This document shows, piece after piece, positions 23,942 to 34,100 of a DNA stretch of 64,000 nucleotides. The position numbers and the translations under genes were made by a program. Positions within the stretch are counted from its first letter, which is position 1. Every line of letters begins with the position of its first letter. A model generated the notes under the pieces. It had not been told where the DNA came from and did not search any database. It saw only the letters and a program-made list of their open reading frames with translations. Origin of the DNA: a virus (lineage: Duplodnaviria > Heunggongvirae > Uroviricota > Caudoviricetes); IMG/VR virus record IMGVR_UViG_2718218133_000001. One strand, written 5' to 3'.

Positions 23942-24793
23942 CTATTGCGCGCTTTCGGGGTTGTCGTTTACTGGCTGCCCCTTCTTAGTTTTACGGCTGC
24001 GCGTAACTGATGCGGCTGATTTGACCTTTTTCTCTTCGCGAGTGATGGCAATTTGTTTTTTTACATTTTCAATATCTGCCAGGCGATATATTTTTGCCTG
24101 CGGCCAGCGGTCGCAGATGATCGGTTCTATAGAGTCATAAAGGCTAAATTTTGCTTTCTCGAATTCACCGTTGATGATGATTCCATCACGGAGAGTTTCA
24201 TCGCAGATAAACACACCACACAGCGGCACATGGTAACTAACTGATTTACCATCATTGTAGTTAGGGCTACTGGAAATGTAATGGACGCGCAGCATTGTTT
24301 CGCTAAAGCCGTGTACACGCATACGGAATTTTTCATCCTCCGGGTACTGCTTCATTAGCTCTTTTGTTGCTTCCAGGTTCTCTATGTATTTCGCACTGTG
24401 CTCATTGATCCCCGCGCTTTTCTGGATGCGAATGTCCTTATCAATCAGATGAATAATGCGGCCAGCGGTCATGTTGACGCTGTTCACAGCTTCTGTCTGA
24501 TAAGTTGTAACCTTACGCACACCGCGAAGGATGTTAGGCACTGGATATAAAATAGTCTTTGGGATATTGAGGTCTGGGTACTGTTCCAGTTCTCGCGCCA
24601 TTAAAGTCCATTTATCAATTTCAGCCTGAATGCTGTCCGTTTCTTTGAACGGCAGAACGACAACCGGGCGTACAGGACGACCGTCGCTGGCGGCATCAAC
24701 GTGTTGGGCGCGTGCAACAGCTTTTTTTAGAAAGAGATCCCTGAAGCTGACGAACTCCTGGTACAGTTGTTCGCCGTAGACATAATTTATCAT
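23942..24793 (-). CDS. c1: C1 repressor of lytic functions
   Basis: 283 aa; sequence matches P1 C1 as I recall it. Confidence 0.9.
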   Translation of the reverse strand: MINYVYGEQLYQEFVSFRDLFLKKAVARAQHVDAASDGRPVRPVVVLPFKETDSIQAEIDKWTLMARELEQYPDLNIPKTILYPVPNILRGVRKVTTYQTEAVNSVNMTAGRIIHLIDKDIRIQKSAGINEHSAKYIENLEATKELMKQYPEDEKFRMRVHGFSETMLRVHYISSSPNYNDGKSVSYHVPLCGVFICDETLRDGIIINGEFEKAKFSLYDSIEPIICDRWPQAKIYRLADIENVKKQIAITREEKKVKSAASVTRSRKTKKGQPVNDNPESAQ

Positions 24794-24888
24794 TGATCCT
24801 CCTCCAGAATTGACATGGCCAACAACTCACAGCGGATTACACTGGGAGTTGTTGGCCACCATTATAGAAGGATCCAACGAAAATAATA

Positions 24889-24905
24889 GATTTATTAGTG
24901 CATTT
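24889..24905 (-). promoter_or_regulatory. C1 operator-like variant upstream of c1
   Basis: Reverse complement AAATGCACTAATAAATC, partial match. Confidence 0.3.
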
Positions 24906-25113
24906 ATTGTGAGTCTGGCTGGTTAGTGGCCATGAGATATTCGATTGTGTCAGTGAGATCATCCAGGTCGTCTTGGGTGATGCGGTACTCCTGATTGGAT
25001 ATCTTTGAGTAGTGTTCAGCAATGGCGCGGGCAGCGTCGGTTTCGGCAGGGTCTACAGATAAAGCGTTAGAGCAATGTCTAACGTCGTCGATGGTTGGTG
25101 GAATGAAAGCCAT
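24904..25113 (-). CDS. coi: C1 inactivator
   Basis: 69 aa; upstream of c1 on the same strand as in P1. Confidence 0.8.
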   Translation of the reverse strand: MAFIPPTIDDVRHCSNALSVDPAETDAARAIAEHYSKISNQEYRITQDDLDDLTDTIEYLMATNQPDSQ

Positions 25114-25351
25114 AATTATGCCTCACTGTATTGACAACACAGAGCCTGAAGCTCTGACCTACTGTTTCACCCATGATCCATGCTGGGGTAATCTAACAAC
25201 ATTGCGCTGTGTGTAAGATGAGCAATGCATAGCTGTAATGCCGTTGTATAAGGTTTCCCTGTTTGCTCATTTCCTTCTGAGCCGCTCTACAACGCTGAAG
25301 ACACATTAAATAGTGAATCCAAAGTCGTATTACGAAACGGCGGCAAAACTA

Positions 25352-25368
25352 TAATTTATTAGAGCAAT
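25352..25368 (-). promoter_or_regulatory. C1 operator (reverse complement ATTGCTCTAATAAATTA)
   Basis: 16/17 match to consensus. Confidence 0.6.
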
Positions 25369-25434
25369 TGTCAAACAACAATGAAAAACAATCCAGTTTT
25401 TGGCTGGTGGAGTGGGATTTTTCTCTCAAAACTT

Positions 25435-25451
25435 ATTGCTCTAATAATTCT
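25435..25451 (+). promoter_or_regulatory. C1 operator ATTGCTCTAATAATTCT
   Basis: Operator plus cttgatttttat, the same module as at 10755. Confidence 0.55.
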
Positions 25452-25484
25452 TGATTTTTATGCGCAGCTGGACGTAAACTCCTC

Positions 25485-25518
25485 TTCGGACCTAATAACT
25501 TCGTATAGCATACATTAT
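25485..25518. other. loxP: loxP site-specific recombination site
   Basis: Exact ATAACTTCGTATA-GCATACAT-TATACGAAGTTAT (13-bp inverted repeats around the 8-bp spacer). Confidence 0.97.
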
Positions 25519-25547
25519 ACGAAGTTATCTTAAGGGTTATTGAACAT

Positions 25548-25620
25548 GATCAATTTACCTGTAAATCCATACAGTTCAATACCTTATCAGGTCAAATAGT
25601 GATCACTTGATCATTTGATC
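25548..25620. promoter_or_regulatory. GATC (Dam) cluster in cre promoter region
   Basis: GATC at 25548, 25601, 25609, 25617; P1 cre promoters are known to be Dam-sensitive. Confidence 0.45.
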
Positions 25621-25946
25621 AAGGTTGCGCTACGTAAAATCTGTGAAATGTTGGCAGTGTTAGTGCTCCAGATTTCGCGTAGCGCACTTAGCACCACCAA
25701 TCAATCAGAGGTGAAAAATGGGATATTCAGCTGCTAAAGTGTCCACTCATATTGAGCTTGAGAAAAACCGTGGTTACTGGCGGGCAAAAGGGTTTGATCG
25801 TGATAGTTGTCAACTGTCATTATCGCGCGGTGAAGAGAAAATAGAACGCACGCGCGGTCGCTGGCGTTTCTATGACGAGAACCATAAACAGGTAAAGGCA
25901 GAGCCGATCCTGTACACTTTACTTAAAACCATTATCTGAGTGTTAA

Positions 25947-26978
25947 ATGTCCAATTTACTGACCGTACACCAAAATTTGCCTGCATTACCGGTCGATGCA
26001 ACGAGTGATGAGGTTCGCAAGAACCTGATGGACATGTTCAGGGATCGCCAGGCGTTTTCTGAGCATACCTGGAAAATGCTTCTGTCCGTTTGCCGATCGT
26101 GGGCGGCATGGTGCAAGTTGAATAACCGGAAATGGTTTCCCGCAGAACCTGAAGATGTTCGCGATTATCTTCTATATCTTCAGGCGCGCGGTCTGGCAGT
26201 AAAAACTATCCAGCAACATTTGGGCCAGCTAAACATGCTTCATCGTCGGTCCGGGCTGCCACGACCAAGTGACAGTAATGCTGTTTCACTGGTCATGCGA
26301 CGGATCCGAAAAGAAAACGTTGATGCCGGTGAACGTGCAAAACAGGCACTGGCGTTCGAACGCACTGATTTCGACCAGGTTCGTTCACTCATGGAAAATA
26401 GCGATCGCTGCCAGGATATACGTAATCTGGCATTTCTGGGGATTGCTTATAACACCCTATTACGTATAGCCGAAATTGCCAGGATCAGGGTTAAAGATAT
26501 CTCACGTACTGACGGTGGGAGAATGTTAATCCATATTGGCAGAACGAAAACGCTGGTTAGCACCGCAGGTGTAGAGAAGGCACTTAGCCTGGGGGTAACT
26601 AAACTGGTCGAGCGATGGATTTCTGTCTCTGGTGTGGCTGATGATCCGAATAACTACTTGTTTTGCCGTGTCAGAAAAAATGGTGTTGCCGCGCCATCTG
26701 CCACCAGCCAGCTATCAACTCGCGCCCTGGAAGGGATTTTTGAAGCAACTCATCGATTGATTTACGGCGCTAAGGATGACTCTGGTCAGAGATACCTGGC
26801 CTGGTCTGGACACAGTGCCCGTGTCGGAGCCGCGCGAGATATGGCCCGCGCCGGAGTTTCAATACCGGAGATCATGCAAGCTGGTGGCTGGACCAACGTA
26901 AATATTGTCATGAACTATATCCGTAACCTGGATAGTGAAACGGGGGCAATGGTGCGCCTGCTGGAAGATGGCGATTAG
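25947..26978 (+). CDS. cre: Cre tyrosine recombinase
   Basis: 343 aa; MSNLLTVHQNLPALPVDATSDEVRKNLMDMFRDRQAFSEHTWK.. matches Cre throughout. Confidence 0.98.
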   Translation: MSNLLTVHQNLPALPVDATSDEVRKNLMDMFRDRQAFSEHTWKMLLSVCRSWAAWCKLNNRKWFPAEPEDVRDYLLYLQARGLAVKTIQQHLGQLNMLHRRSGLPRPSDSNAVSLVMRRIRKENVDAGERAKQALAFERTDFDQVRSLMENSDRCQDIRNLAFLGIAYNTLLRIAEIARIRVKDISRTDGGRMLIHIGRTKTLVSTAGVEKALSLGVTKLVERWISVSGVADDPNNYLFCRVRKNGVAAPSATSQLSTRALEGIFEATHRLIYGAKDDSGQRYLAWSGHSARVGAARDMARAGVSIPEIMQAGGWTNVNIVMNYIRNLDSETGAMVRLLEDGD

Positions 26979-26995
26979 CCGTTCATTTGCGTTTG

Positions 26996-27012
26996 ATTGC
27001 TCTAATTATTTG
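26996..27012 (+). promoter_or_regulatory. C1 operator-like ATTGCTCTAATTATTTG
   Basis: Downstream of cre stop. Confidence 0.45.
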
Positions 27013-27028
27013 ATATTTATGGTGACGC

Positions 27029-27340
27029 ATGCGGAAGGATTTCAAAATAGACGGAAAATATGTGGTGCTGTCTGTAAGCTCTCAAATTCAGTCACCATCT
27101 GTCATTGTCACCGTAAAGTTGAGCGATAGGATGCCTGATATCGACTCGATATCTGTTGCGTTCCCCGTTAAAAGCATGCGGAGTGCTGAACATTTTGTGA
27201 TGAATGCAACGGAGGAGGAAGCGCGGCGCGGGCTTACTAGAGTGATGGTGGAATTTGGCGAACTCCTGGGTAAGGTAAACAATGCCCTTTCAATCAGTTC
27301 AGCAAGATCCAAAGCGTTAACAGCTTCCATGATGAAATAA
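27029..27340 (+). CDS. small ORF between cre and ref (possibly cra)
   Basis: 103-aa ORF (alt start); P1 has cra near here but I cannot confirm identity or strand. Confidence 0.2.
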   Translation: MRKDFKIDGKYVVLSVSSQIQSPSVIVTVKLSDRMPDIDSISVAFPVKSMRSAEHFVMNATEEEARRGLTRVMVEFGELLGKVNNALSISSARSKALTASMMK

Positions 27341-27471
27341 AAAAAGCCTGGCAAGGAGCCAGGCTGCACAAAAGAGCGGTTTTGTATTCCGCATCCAATC
27401 AATCAAGAAGGAGTATAGCACACAGGTACTGAAGTGAAAAAATGTGATTCGCGATTAACAAAATATCTACC

Positions 27472-27501
27472 ATTGCTCTAATTGATTGCTATAATTAAGC
27501 C
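27472..27501 (+). promoter_or_regulatory. overlapping C1 operators upstream of ref
   Basis: ATTGCTCTAATTGATTG overlapping ATTGCTATAATTAAGCC. Confidence 0.5.
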
Positions 27502-27555
27502 GCAGTTTTTGTCAACTACGAAGACGTTGCCATTACTTAACTCCTTGACATCATT

Positions 27556-27580
27556 GGCGGCCATTAGGCCGCCTTTTTTT
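27556..27580 (+). terminator. hairpin ggcggcc-atta-ggccgcc + T8 just before ref start
   Basis: Perfect 7-bp GC stem followed by T-run. Confidence 0.5.
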
Positions 27581-27586
27581 TGCCAT

Positions 27587-28147
27587 ATGAAAACAATCGA
27601 ACAAAAACTTGAACAGCGCCGCGAGTGGCAGAAGGCAGCCAGAGAACGAGCGATCGCTCGGCAACGGGAAAAGTTGGCTGACCCCGCCTGGCGAGAATCG
27701 CAATATCAGAAAATGCGGGATTCTATCGACCGCCGTATCGCTAAACAGAAAGAGCGCCCACCAGCCAGCAAAACGCGGAAAAGTGCGGTAAAGATAAAAT
27801 CTCGTGGCTTGAAGGGGCGAACATCGACAGCGGAGGAACGGAGCATCGCCAATGCTCTTGGCGCTCTCCCCTGCATTGCCTGCTACATGCATGGAGTAAT
27901 ATCTGAAGAGGTATCTCTGCACCATATCTCCGGTCGTACCGCGCCGGGTTGTCACAAAAAGCAATTGCCCCTTTGTAGATGGCACCACCAGCATGCAGCA
28001 CCGGCTGAAGTAAGAGAAAAATACCCCTGGCTGGTCCCTGTTCATGCCGATGGTGTGGTTGGAGGCAAGAAAGAATTCACCTTGCTGAACAAGTCAGAGA
28101 TGGAGTTGCTGGCTGACGCCTATGAGATGGCAAACATCATGCACTAA
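27587..28147 (+). CDS. ref: Ref recombination-enhancement HNH endonuclease
   Basis: 186 aa from ATG 27587; Cys/His-rich core (CIACYMH..HHISG..CHKKQLPLCRWHH). Confidence 0.8.
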   Translation: MKTIEQKLEQRREWQKAARERAIARQREKLADPAWRESQYQKMRDSIDRRIAKQKERPPASKTRKSAVKIKSRGLKGRTSTAEERSIANALGALPCIACYMHGVISEEVSLHHISGRTAPGCHKKQLPLCRWHHQHAAPAEVREKYPWLVPVHADGVVGGKKEFTLLNKSEMELLADAYEMANIMH

Positions 28148-28336
28148 TAAATATATTATTTTTAATCTGAAATAATTGACAACTGACAAGTGACTTCAGT
28201 CAGAATCATCACATGCCCGGTACGGATGGATCCCTTTTCAAATATTCCATGGACGGCACAGTCTGAGTACCGGGCGCTACCTTCAGTTGTATTGCTAAGC
28301 CGCCGCTGGTGGCTTTTCTTTTTTGTAGGGGGCGCT

Positions 28337-28978
28337 ATGGATAAGAAAATATGCGTTGTTTCGATGAGCGTCGGCAAACCGGCGTCAATGACTGCTGCAT
28401 GGATCAACAATGAGCTAATAATGGCTGAGCGGACCAGCTACCCTGAACGCCGCCGCGATATGGAACTCCAGCTGCTGCGCGAATTGCGAGAAAAAGAGGA
28501 AAAGGGTTTTATCGTGCTGGTGGAAGAGGAAAACAGCTTTATTACTGGTCGAGTTGGCCAGCGTGTAAGGTTGCGCGATCCCTTCATGAACGGCAGACCG
28601 GTACTGATTGAAGCAATGCAGATTTACAAGGAATTGGAACGCCAGAAAGCGATCAAGTTACCGCGCAAGGAATCCGGCAAATACATCCTTCACCAAAGCA
28701 TCTTCGATTCCGAACACGATAAAAAAGGCGATGAATTTTTCAACATCAACTGGAGCGAAATAACGACAGAACATGTTCTGACGTTACTATGTTGCTTTGC
28801 GACGGAATACAACAACGTTGCCAGCGCCGACTACATCAGGGCAATGGTTGGAGAAGTTGAGGCCCGCCAGGAACCATCGTTACTAAGCCCTCTGATTAAC
28901 ATAATTCGCGGAACCCAAACGCTGGCACAAAAACAGGTGCCTAAGGGAGTATTAACAGGAAAAGGAAATTATCTATAA
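28337..28978 (+). CDS. mat: hypothetical protein at the position of P1 mat
   Basis: ATG 28337 after GGGGG; 213 aa; base composition like the backbone; symbol by position only. Confidence 0.45.
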   Translation: MDKKICVVSMSVGKPASMTAAWINNELIMAERTSYPERRRDMELQLLRELREKEEKGFIVLVEEENSFITGRVGQRVRLRDPFMNGRPVLIEAMQIYKELERQKAIKLPRKESGKYILHQSIFDSEHDKKGDEFFNINWSEITTEHVLTLLCCFATEYNNVASADYIRAMVGEVEARQEPSLLSPLINIIRGTQTLAQKQVPKGVLTGKGNYL

Positions 28979-29034
28979 ACGTCAATGCATTAGGGTATAC
29001 TTCTCCGTAGAACTATAAGTAAATGGAGTAAGTA

Positions 29035-30342
29035 ATGAGCGAATATGTTGAGTTAGCATACGCTGCCGCTACAAGCAGGCTTTGTCTATTTACCGGGACT
29101 GGCTTTTCAAAGGCAGTCTCGAACGGTGAAGCTCCAACGTGGAAGGAACTATTAAAAAAAGTTTGCAGCAAAGTTCACAATGCCAAAAAGTTGGAAGACA
29201 CGTTATTCCCTGATGATAAACCACCAGCACTGAGTCTTGAAGAAGCCGCACAAATACTATCTTTGAAGCTCAATATTGAGGGTAAGTCGATTTATGATGA
29301 AATTGTTGACATCATATCTCCAATTCAACTTGGAGAAGACATATCAAATATAAAAGATTTTTTCCAAAAAAACTCATTCCGTGTCATTACAACAAATTAT
29401 GACAAGTTGGCTGAATGCTTGGTTGGAGATGAAAGTGTGCAGTCTATCACGCCCGGCCTGCCAATTCCAAAGTATCCATCCAAGGTGAAAATATATCATG
29501 TTCATGGTTCTATTGATTCGCCAAAAAATATGATTGTCACTTCAGATGATTACTTCAGATTTATAAATTCCGATACTTATTTTTCACGAAAACTTAGTAC
29601 GATGCTGCATGAAAATACAGTTGCGATATTAGGGTATTCTTTAAGCGACACAAATCTTAAAGCAATTATAAATGACTATAAAAAATTTTCGAAAAATAAT
29701 GCCCTGTGCTCTAATATCTTTTTGATATCTCGCAACAAAGTAAGTCAAGATATGAAGGATTATTACTTCTATTGCTTTGGTATAAGGGTAATTGACAATA
29801 CAGAAATAGATTGTTTCTTTAGTCGATTAAGTTATAAGATTTCTCTCATTAAAGACATCATTGAAAGAGCGCGCGAAAATATCAGAAAAGTTGTTTCGGG
29901 GGCTTACACTTATAAAAATGAATATCTTAAATTAGAGGATTCATTTTATCAAATTATATCATCAATTATATCGGAAGGTTTAGATTGGAATGATGATAAA
30001 GTCGTTTCTCTTTTCGAAAGGATAATAGAAAAAAAGAGAAAGTTAACAAGGAATAACGGAGCGTGGGAGCAATATGAACAGTTGGCAAAATGGCTTATAT
30101 ATTTTGGAAGCATCATAGAGGTTAGCAATACTAAGTATGAAAAAACATATTTAGACGCAGTTGAATACTCGATGGGTCATATGAGTAAAGAAAGGAATTG
30201 GGGAGTTTCTTGGCATGCTTACAGAGCTTGGGAAACACGATGGCCTGCAATAATTGCCTCAAATAGATTAATGATAAAAAACCACATTGAAACATTAGGC
30301 ACCTTGAAGGACGCCAACCTTATAGTTAAGAATATAGTGTAA
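29035..30342 (+). CDS. SIR2-like (SIR2_2-type) domain protein, candidate NADase defence effector
   Basis: 435 aa; GTGFS (res 21-25), TTNYD (N121), YHVHG (H155/H157), GYSLSD; AT-rich; occupies the position of P1 res-mod. Confidence 0.6.
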   Translation: MSEYVELAYAAATSRLCLFTGTGFSKAVSNGEAPTWKELLKKVCSKVHNAKKLEDTLFPDDKPPALSLEEAAQILSLKLNIEGKSIYDEIVDIISPIQLGEDISNIKDFFQKNSFRVITTNYDKLAECLVGDESVQSITPGLPIPKYPSKVKIYHVHGSIDSPKNMIVTSDDYFRFINSDTYFSRKLSTMLHENTVAILGYSLSDTNLKAIINDYKKFSKNNALCSNIFLISRNKVSQDMKDYYFYCFGIRVIDNTEIDCFFSRLSYKISLIKDIIERARENIRKVVSGAYTYKNEYLKLEDSFYQIISSIISEGLDWNDDKVVSLFERIIEKKRKLTRNNGAWEQYEQLAKWLIYFGSIIEVSNTKYEKTYLDAVEYSMGHMSKERNWGVSWHAYRAWETRWPAIIASNRLMIKNHIETLGTLKDANLIVKNIV

Positions 30343-30354
30343 TTGTGGTCGATA

Positions 30355-30392
30355 AAAATTTATCGGGCAGATAAAACTGCCCGATAAATTAA
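30355..30392. terminator. bidirectional hairpin atttatcgggcag-ataaaa-ctgcccgataaat
   Basis: Perfect 13-bp stem between convergent SIR2-like gene and lxc. Confidence 0.55.
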
Positions 30393-30637
30393 TCAGCATT
30401 CAGGAGCAATGCGTTATCTATGATGATCTGCTCCCATTCTTCGAATGCCCGGTCACGGACGCCCTGGGGAACGCTGTTAGTTTTGAAATCGACGACCGTA
30501 CGCCATTTCCCGTCCGGACGGTACATGCGCAGAGCTTTACTTCCCCCTTCCCTGCGCACCTCAACGTTATGCTTATCAGCAAACTCTTGTAATGCTCGTA
30601 GCGTCCCATGCTTTACTGTGTAGTATCGCTTTTTCAA
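30389..30637 (-). CDS. lxc: C1 co-repressor-like small protein
   Basis: 82 aa; size and position match P1 Lxc/Bof. Confidence 0.5.
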   Translation of the reverse strand: MKKRYYTVKHGTLRALQEFADKHNVEVRREGGSKALRMYRPDGKWRTVVDFKTNSVPQGVRDRAFEEWEQIIIDNALLLNAD

Positions 30638-31074
30638 GTTTTCTCTCCAGCCTGTGCTAAGGCTTCAACTTCCAAATCGTAAGACTCAAACTCATAGTCC
30701 TGGTCGTCAACCTCTTCAGGCACTGGCAGTAAATGCCAGGCTGAGTATATCTGACCATTATCAAAACGCTCCTGGCTGTAGAGCGTCGCAGCTATGAGCG
30801 TCAGCGCCGGGCGGTCATAACGGTAAATTTTGCGAACGTCACGGTCAACGAGACGACCGAAATTACCATAACCGCGCTCCAGTAATAATTTTTTAATTTC
30901 CGGCCAGTATGGACCATAGCTGCGGTACAGGCGGGGATTTTTCAGTAATCGCCCGCGTAGCCCTGACAGGAAGAAATCAACGTATTCGTCTTCTGTCTTT
31001 CCTAACAACGCTGTACGGAGTACCGCCTCAAGATATGTTTTATTCGGTTTTATTGTATCAGATAGTGTGGCCAT
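30634..31074 (-). CDS. ulx: Ulx, encoded upstream of darB
   Basis: 146 aa; overlaps lxc start. Confidence 0.55.
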   Translation of the reverse strand: MATLSDTIKPNKTYLEAVLRTALLGKTEDEYVDFFLSGLRGRLLKNPRLYRSYGPYWPEIKKLLLERGYGNFGRLVDRDVRKIYRYDRPALTLIAATLYSQERFDNGQIYSAWHLLPVPEEVDDQDYEFESYDLEVEALAQAGEKT

Positions 31075-31107
31075 ATTATGCGACGCCCGGCGAACCGGGC
31101 GCTCCTG

Positions 31108-34100
31108 TTATGCGTATTGTTGGATGACGGCCAGAACGTCCGCCAGGTTGTGTTTTGTCTCGATAATCCACCAGTTACCCGGGAAATCGCTGTTCTTCGC
31201 CTTCGCTGGCAGCCAGCGAGCGCCGAATTTCGCCTTGATTGCGTCTTTCGCACGGAAAAGAACGCCTTTCATGCCTGAGGCTTCCTGAAGCCCAAATACC
31301 TCGCCAGCGGCGAATTTTGGTGCGTACATCATCTTCAGGTCGGCGGTGGATACGCGATAATTCAGACCAAGAGACTGAGCTATGCTGGTGGCATCACCCT
31401 GTATTGATGATAACTCTTCTTGTTTCTCGTTTCTGGCGGCAATTTCTTCCTCCGTGATGTTGCCAAGGGCCAGGTTTATCCGATCAGCGTCGGCCTGTTT
31501 CTCTTCATCGGTGCGCCCGGCAAGAACCGTGTTAATTCTCTGCAATATCTCCACATGATTCTTACGCATGCTGAGCAATTCCGGCGTAACTTCGTTAAGA
31601 TCCACCAGCCCAAGGATGGCAAGGTCGGAAAACATTGATACCAGGTTGTAGGTCATGCGATAGCTGAGTTGGCCATAGGCTGATGGCAACTGCACCGCAT
31701 CCATTTTATAGGCATCCATAAATTTAGAGCCGTCGTTTACGACATCCGCAATTGCCGGTGTGATTTTTCCTGTGGTGGCGGCCTCCCTGATTGCTGTTAC
31801 CCACGATTGAGTCAGCGCGGAAACTGCATGATTCAGATTGGCTTTGCGTTCTGCTGCAATGCGCGCGCTTGCAGCGTCCATTGACTGTTTGATCTCGTCT
31901 TTATTGCTGTAAATGCCAATGGTGCCAAACTGTGCTGTGGTGATCTCATAATCTGACGCCCGGAACTCATTGGTACCGAAAATGGCATTGGTGACTTCAA
32001 GTTCAGAATCCCCGTTACGAGTAGCCCCCTGGCTTGTTTTTTCCGGCATTCTGGCGATCGCATCCGCTATTTTCTCCTGAATTGCTTCAGGGGATAGCGT
32101 ATCTCCGTATGACGCGATTACATCGCCATAATTGGAGCCAAACAGTTCAACCAGGAATGTTTCTGCCGAACGGATCTGGCGGTTATTCCCTTCCGACATC
32201 ATACCAAGCACCCATTTTGCAATTGACGACTTCAGCGCGCCGTCACGGCGATCCGGGTAAACCGCATGCTTCAGTGGGTCCGTATAGGTACCAACAAAAT
32301 CAATGCTATAGCCTGACTCTGTAGTCTGAACGCCGTATGAGTCAGTGATTTTGATCATGCCGCGCTGCTGGAAACGGTAGAAATCGTCACAGGAAATGAT
32401 GTCGTTAATCCCGGCGATGGAGACGCCGCCACTGATTTTCTGCATAACAGCATCTTCATCGGGAGTTACATCAACCTGTTTATCCAGCGTCTTCACATCC
32501 CAGTTACCCGATTTGGTGCCTTTGAAGGTAAAGATGATCTCCACGTCTGCGCGCTGGCTGTCGAAGTCCAGCGACTTAATGCGAACGATATCACCGGCAC
32601 AATCGTAGTATTGGCCTACACGCCATGAGCGATCGCCGATAACAAGGAACTCACTCGCATGGTTAACCAGGTCAGGATCAACATCCAGAATGCCTTTATT
32701 TATTGCATCCTCCACCAGCGGGCGCAGGCGTTTGATATCCGTCGCGGCCTTCTGAGTACGGTTCAATAATTTCTCATAGCGGGAGATGGCTTGAGAGATA
32801 TTAGCCTTGCGCTGAATGGCGTTTTTCAACGACGCGCGATACTGTGCTAACAACATACGGTCTGTGTGATGGACGCTCCCCCAGCGGGCCTTCCAGTCTG
32901 CGTTATCAGCTGCTTTGGCCATTACCGCCTGTTTGAATTTAGCTACCTCGGCGGTGGTCTTTTCAAGTTCCGCTTTGCTTCGCTCTAATTCAGCGGTAAG
33001 TACCTCCACATCCTCGCCAGCTGCGTGCTGCGCCTTGATGTAGTTCTGAAGGTCGATAGTAGCCTGTTCTTTCTGGCGAGCGCGTTGCGCGGCTTTCGCC
33101 TTATCCATTTGAACCTGCATCATTGCCAGACGTTCGCCATCATCCTTAGCGGTATACATCTGCATTTCGATCATTTCGTTGGCGTCGGCGTTCTCCATTT
33201 CAGACTTATCTGAGCGGAGGATATCGGAGATCCAGCCTGCTTTACGCTTCAGCGTCTTCAGTCGGTATTCATCGAAAGAACCCTTGCCGCAGTAGTAGTG
33301 AACGCGAACGCTTGCACGGTTGGAGCCAACTCGTGCACCGCGACCGTTACGTTGTGCGATACTGGCTGGTGTCCACGGCAACGTCAGGTGGTGGATATCC
33401 GTCGTTCCTCGATGCAGGTTGATACCCACCTCTGCCTTTTTGTTGCAGATGATGATCGGAGTCCGGCCCTCCTGGAAGTCGGCTGCAATCTTTTCCAGAC
33501 CGCCCAACGACATTTCATTTTGCTGCGCGATATAGGCGTCATACAGAGCCATTTGCTCGTTGTATTTCGCTATCTGTGCATCTGTTGGTTCATCCGGTAG
33601 CTCTTTCGGCGGTTTAACCGCTTTCAGTTTCTTACCGGTTTTACCTGCCTCGGCAACCGTCTGAGCATTCAGGATCCCCACCTTTGAAGGTTCAAGGTTA
33701 AGAGCATTGCAGATAATGCGCTTGAGCTTCTGGTGTTGCGTTTTTTCATCGGTGAAGATGATTTGCTTACCTTCCTGGAAAAACTCCTTCAGCGTGGCAA
33801 TCAGCTTCGCGTATTTGGGCGTAACGGGGTGAGTTACGGTCTGTTCGTCAATGCCAAACCTGGCCAGGCGCTTATTCACTTCCTGCTCGAACGCTTCCGG
33901 AACCTGCAACTGAATAAACTCGCCCTTATCTATCAGGGAGTATTGCGATTGCTGCGTGATTGAATCATCACTGTCGTCGTCTTCGCTGGTGGCTTGTTTA
34001 GGCAAACTGTCCGCCAGCTGCTGCACCGCATCGGCGTACTCCGGCAGGAAACGATAGGTGATCCGGCGATAGTACAGGTCCATGTCAGTACATACGCGGT

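Noticed and set aside
25022-25216. + strand 64-aa ORF overlapping coi
   Set aside because: Antisense to coi, which matches the P1 protein; the imcA/imcB small ORFs of P1 probably lie on the minus strand in 25114-25350 but are too short for me to delimit.
25718-25939. 73-aa ORF between loxP and cre
   Set aside because: Overlaps the GATC-rich cre promoter region, has no clear RBS, and P1 has no gene I know of here; treated as non-coding.
25947-26978. Cre as a prophage integrase with a chromosomal att site
   Set aside because: Cre with loxP is the P1 plasmid dimer-resolution/cyclisation system; no att-like duplication or tRNA target in the window, consistent with an extrachromosomal phage-plasmid.
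28979-30388. Type III res-mod (EcoP1I) genes expected between mat and lxc
   Set aside because: Only one 435-aa ORF fits in this 1.4-kb interval and it has SIR2-type rather than methyltransferase or helicase motifs; res and mod are absent, not missed.
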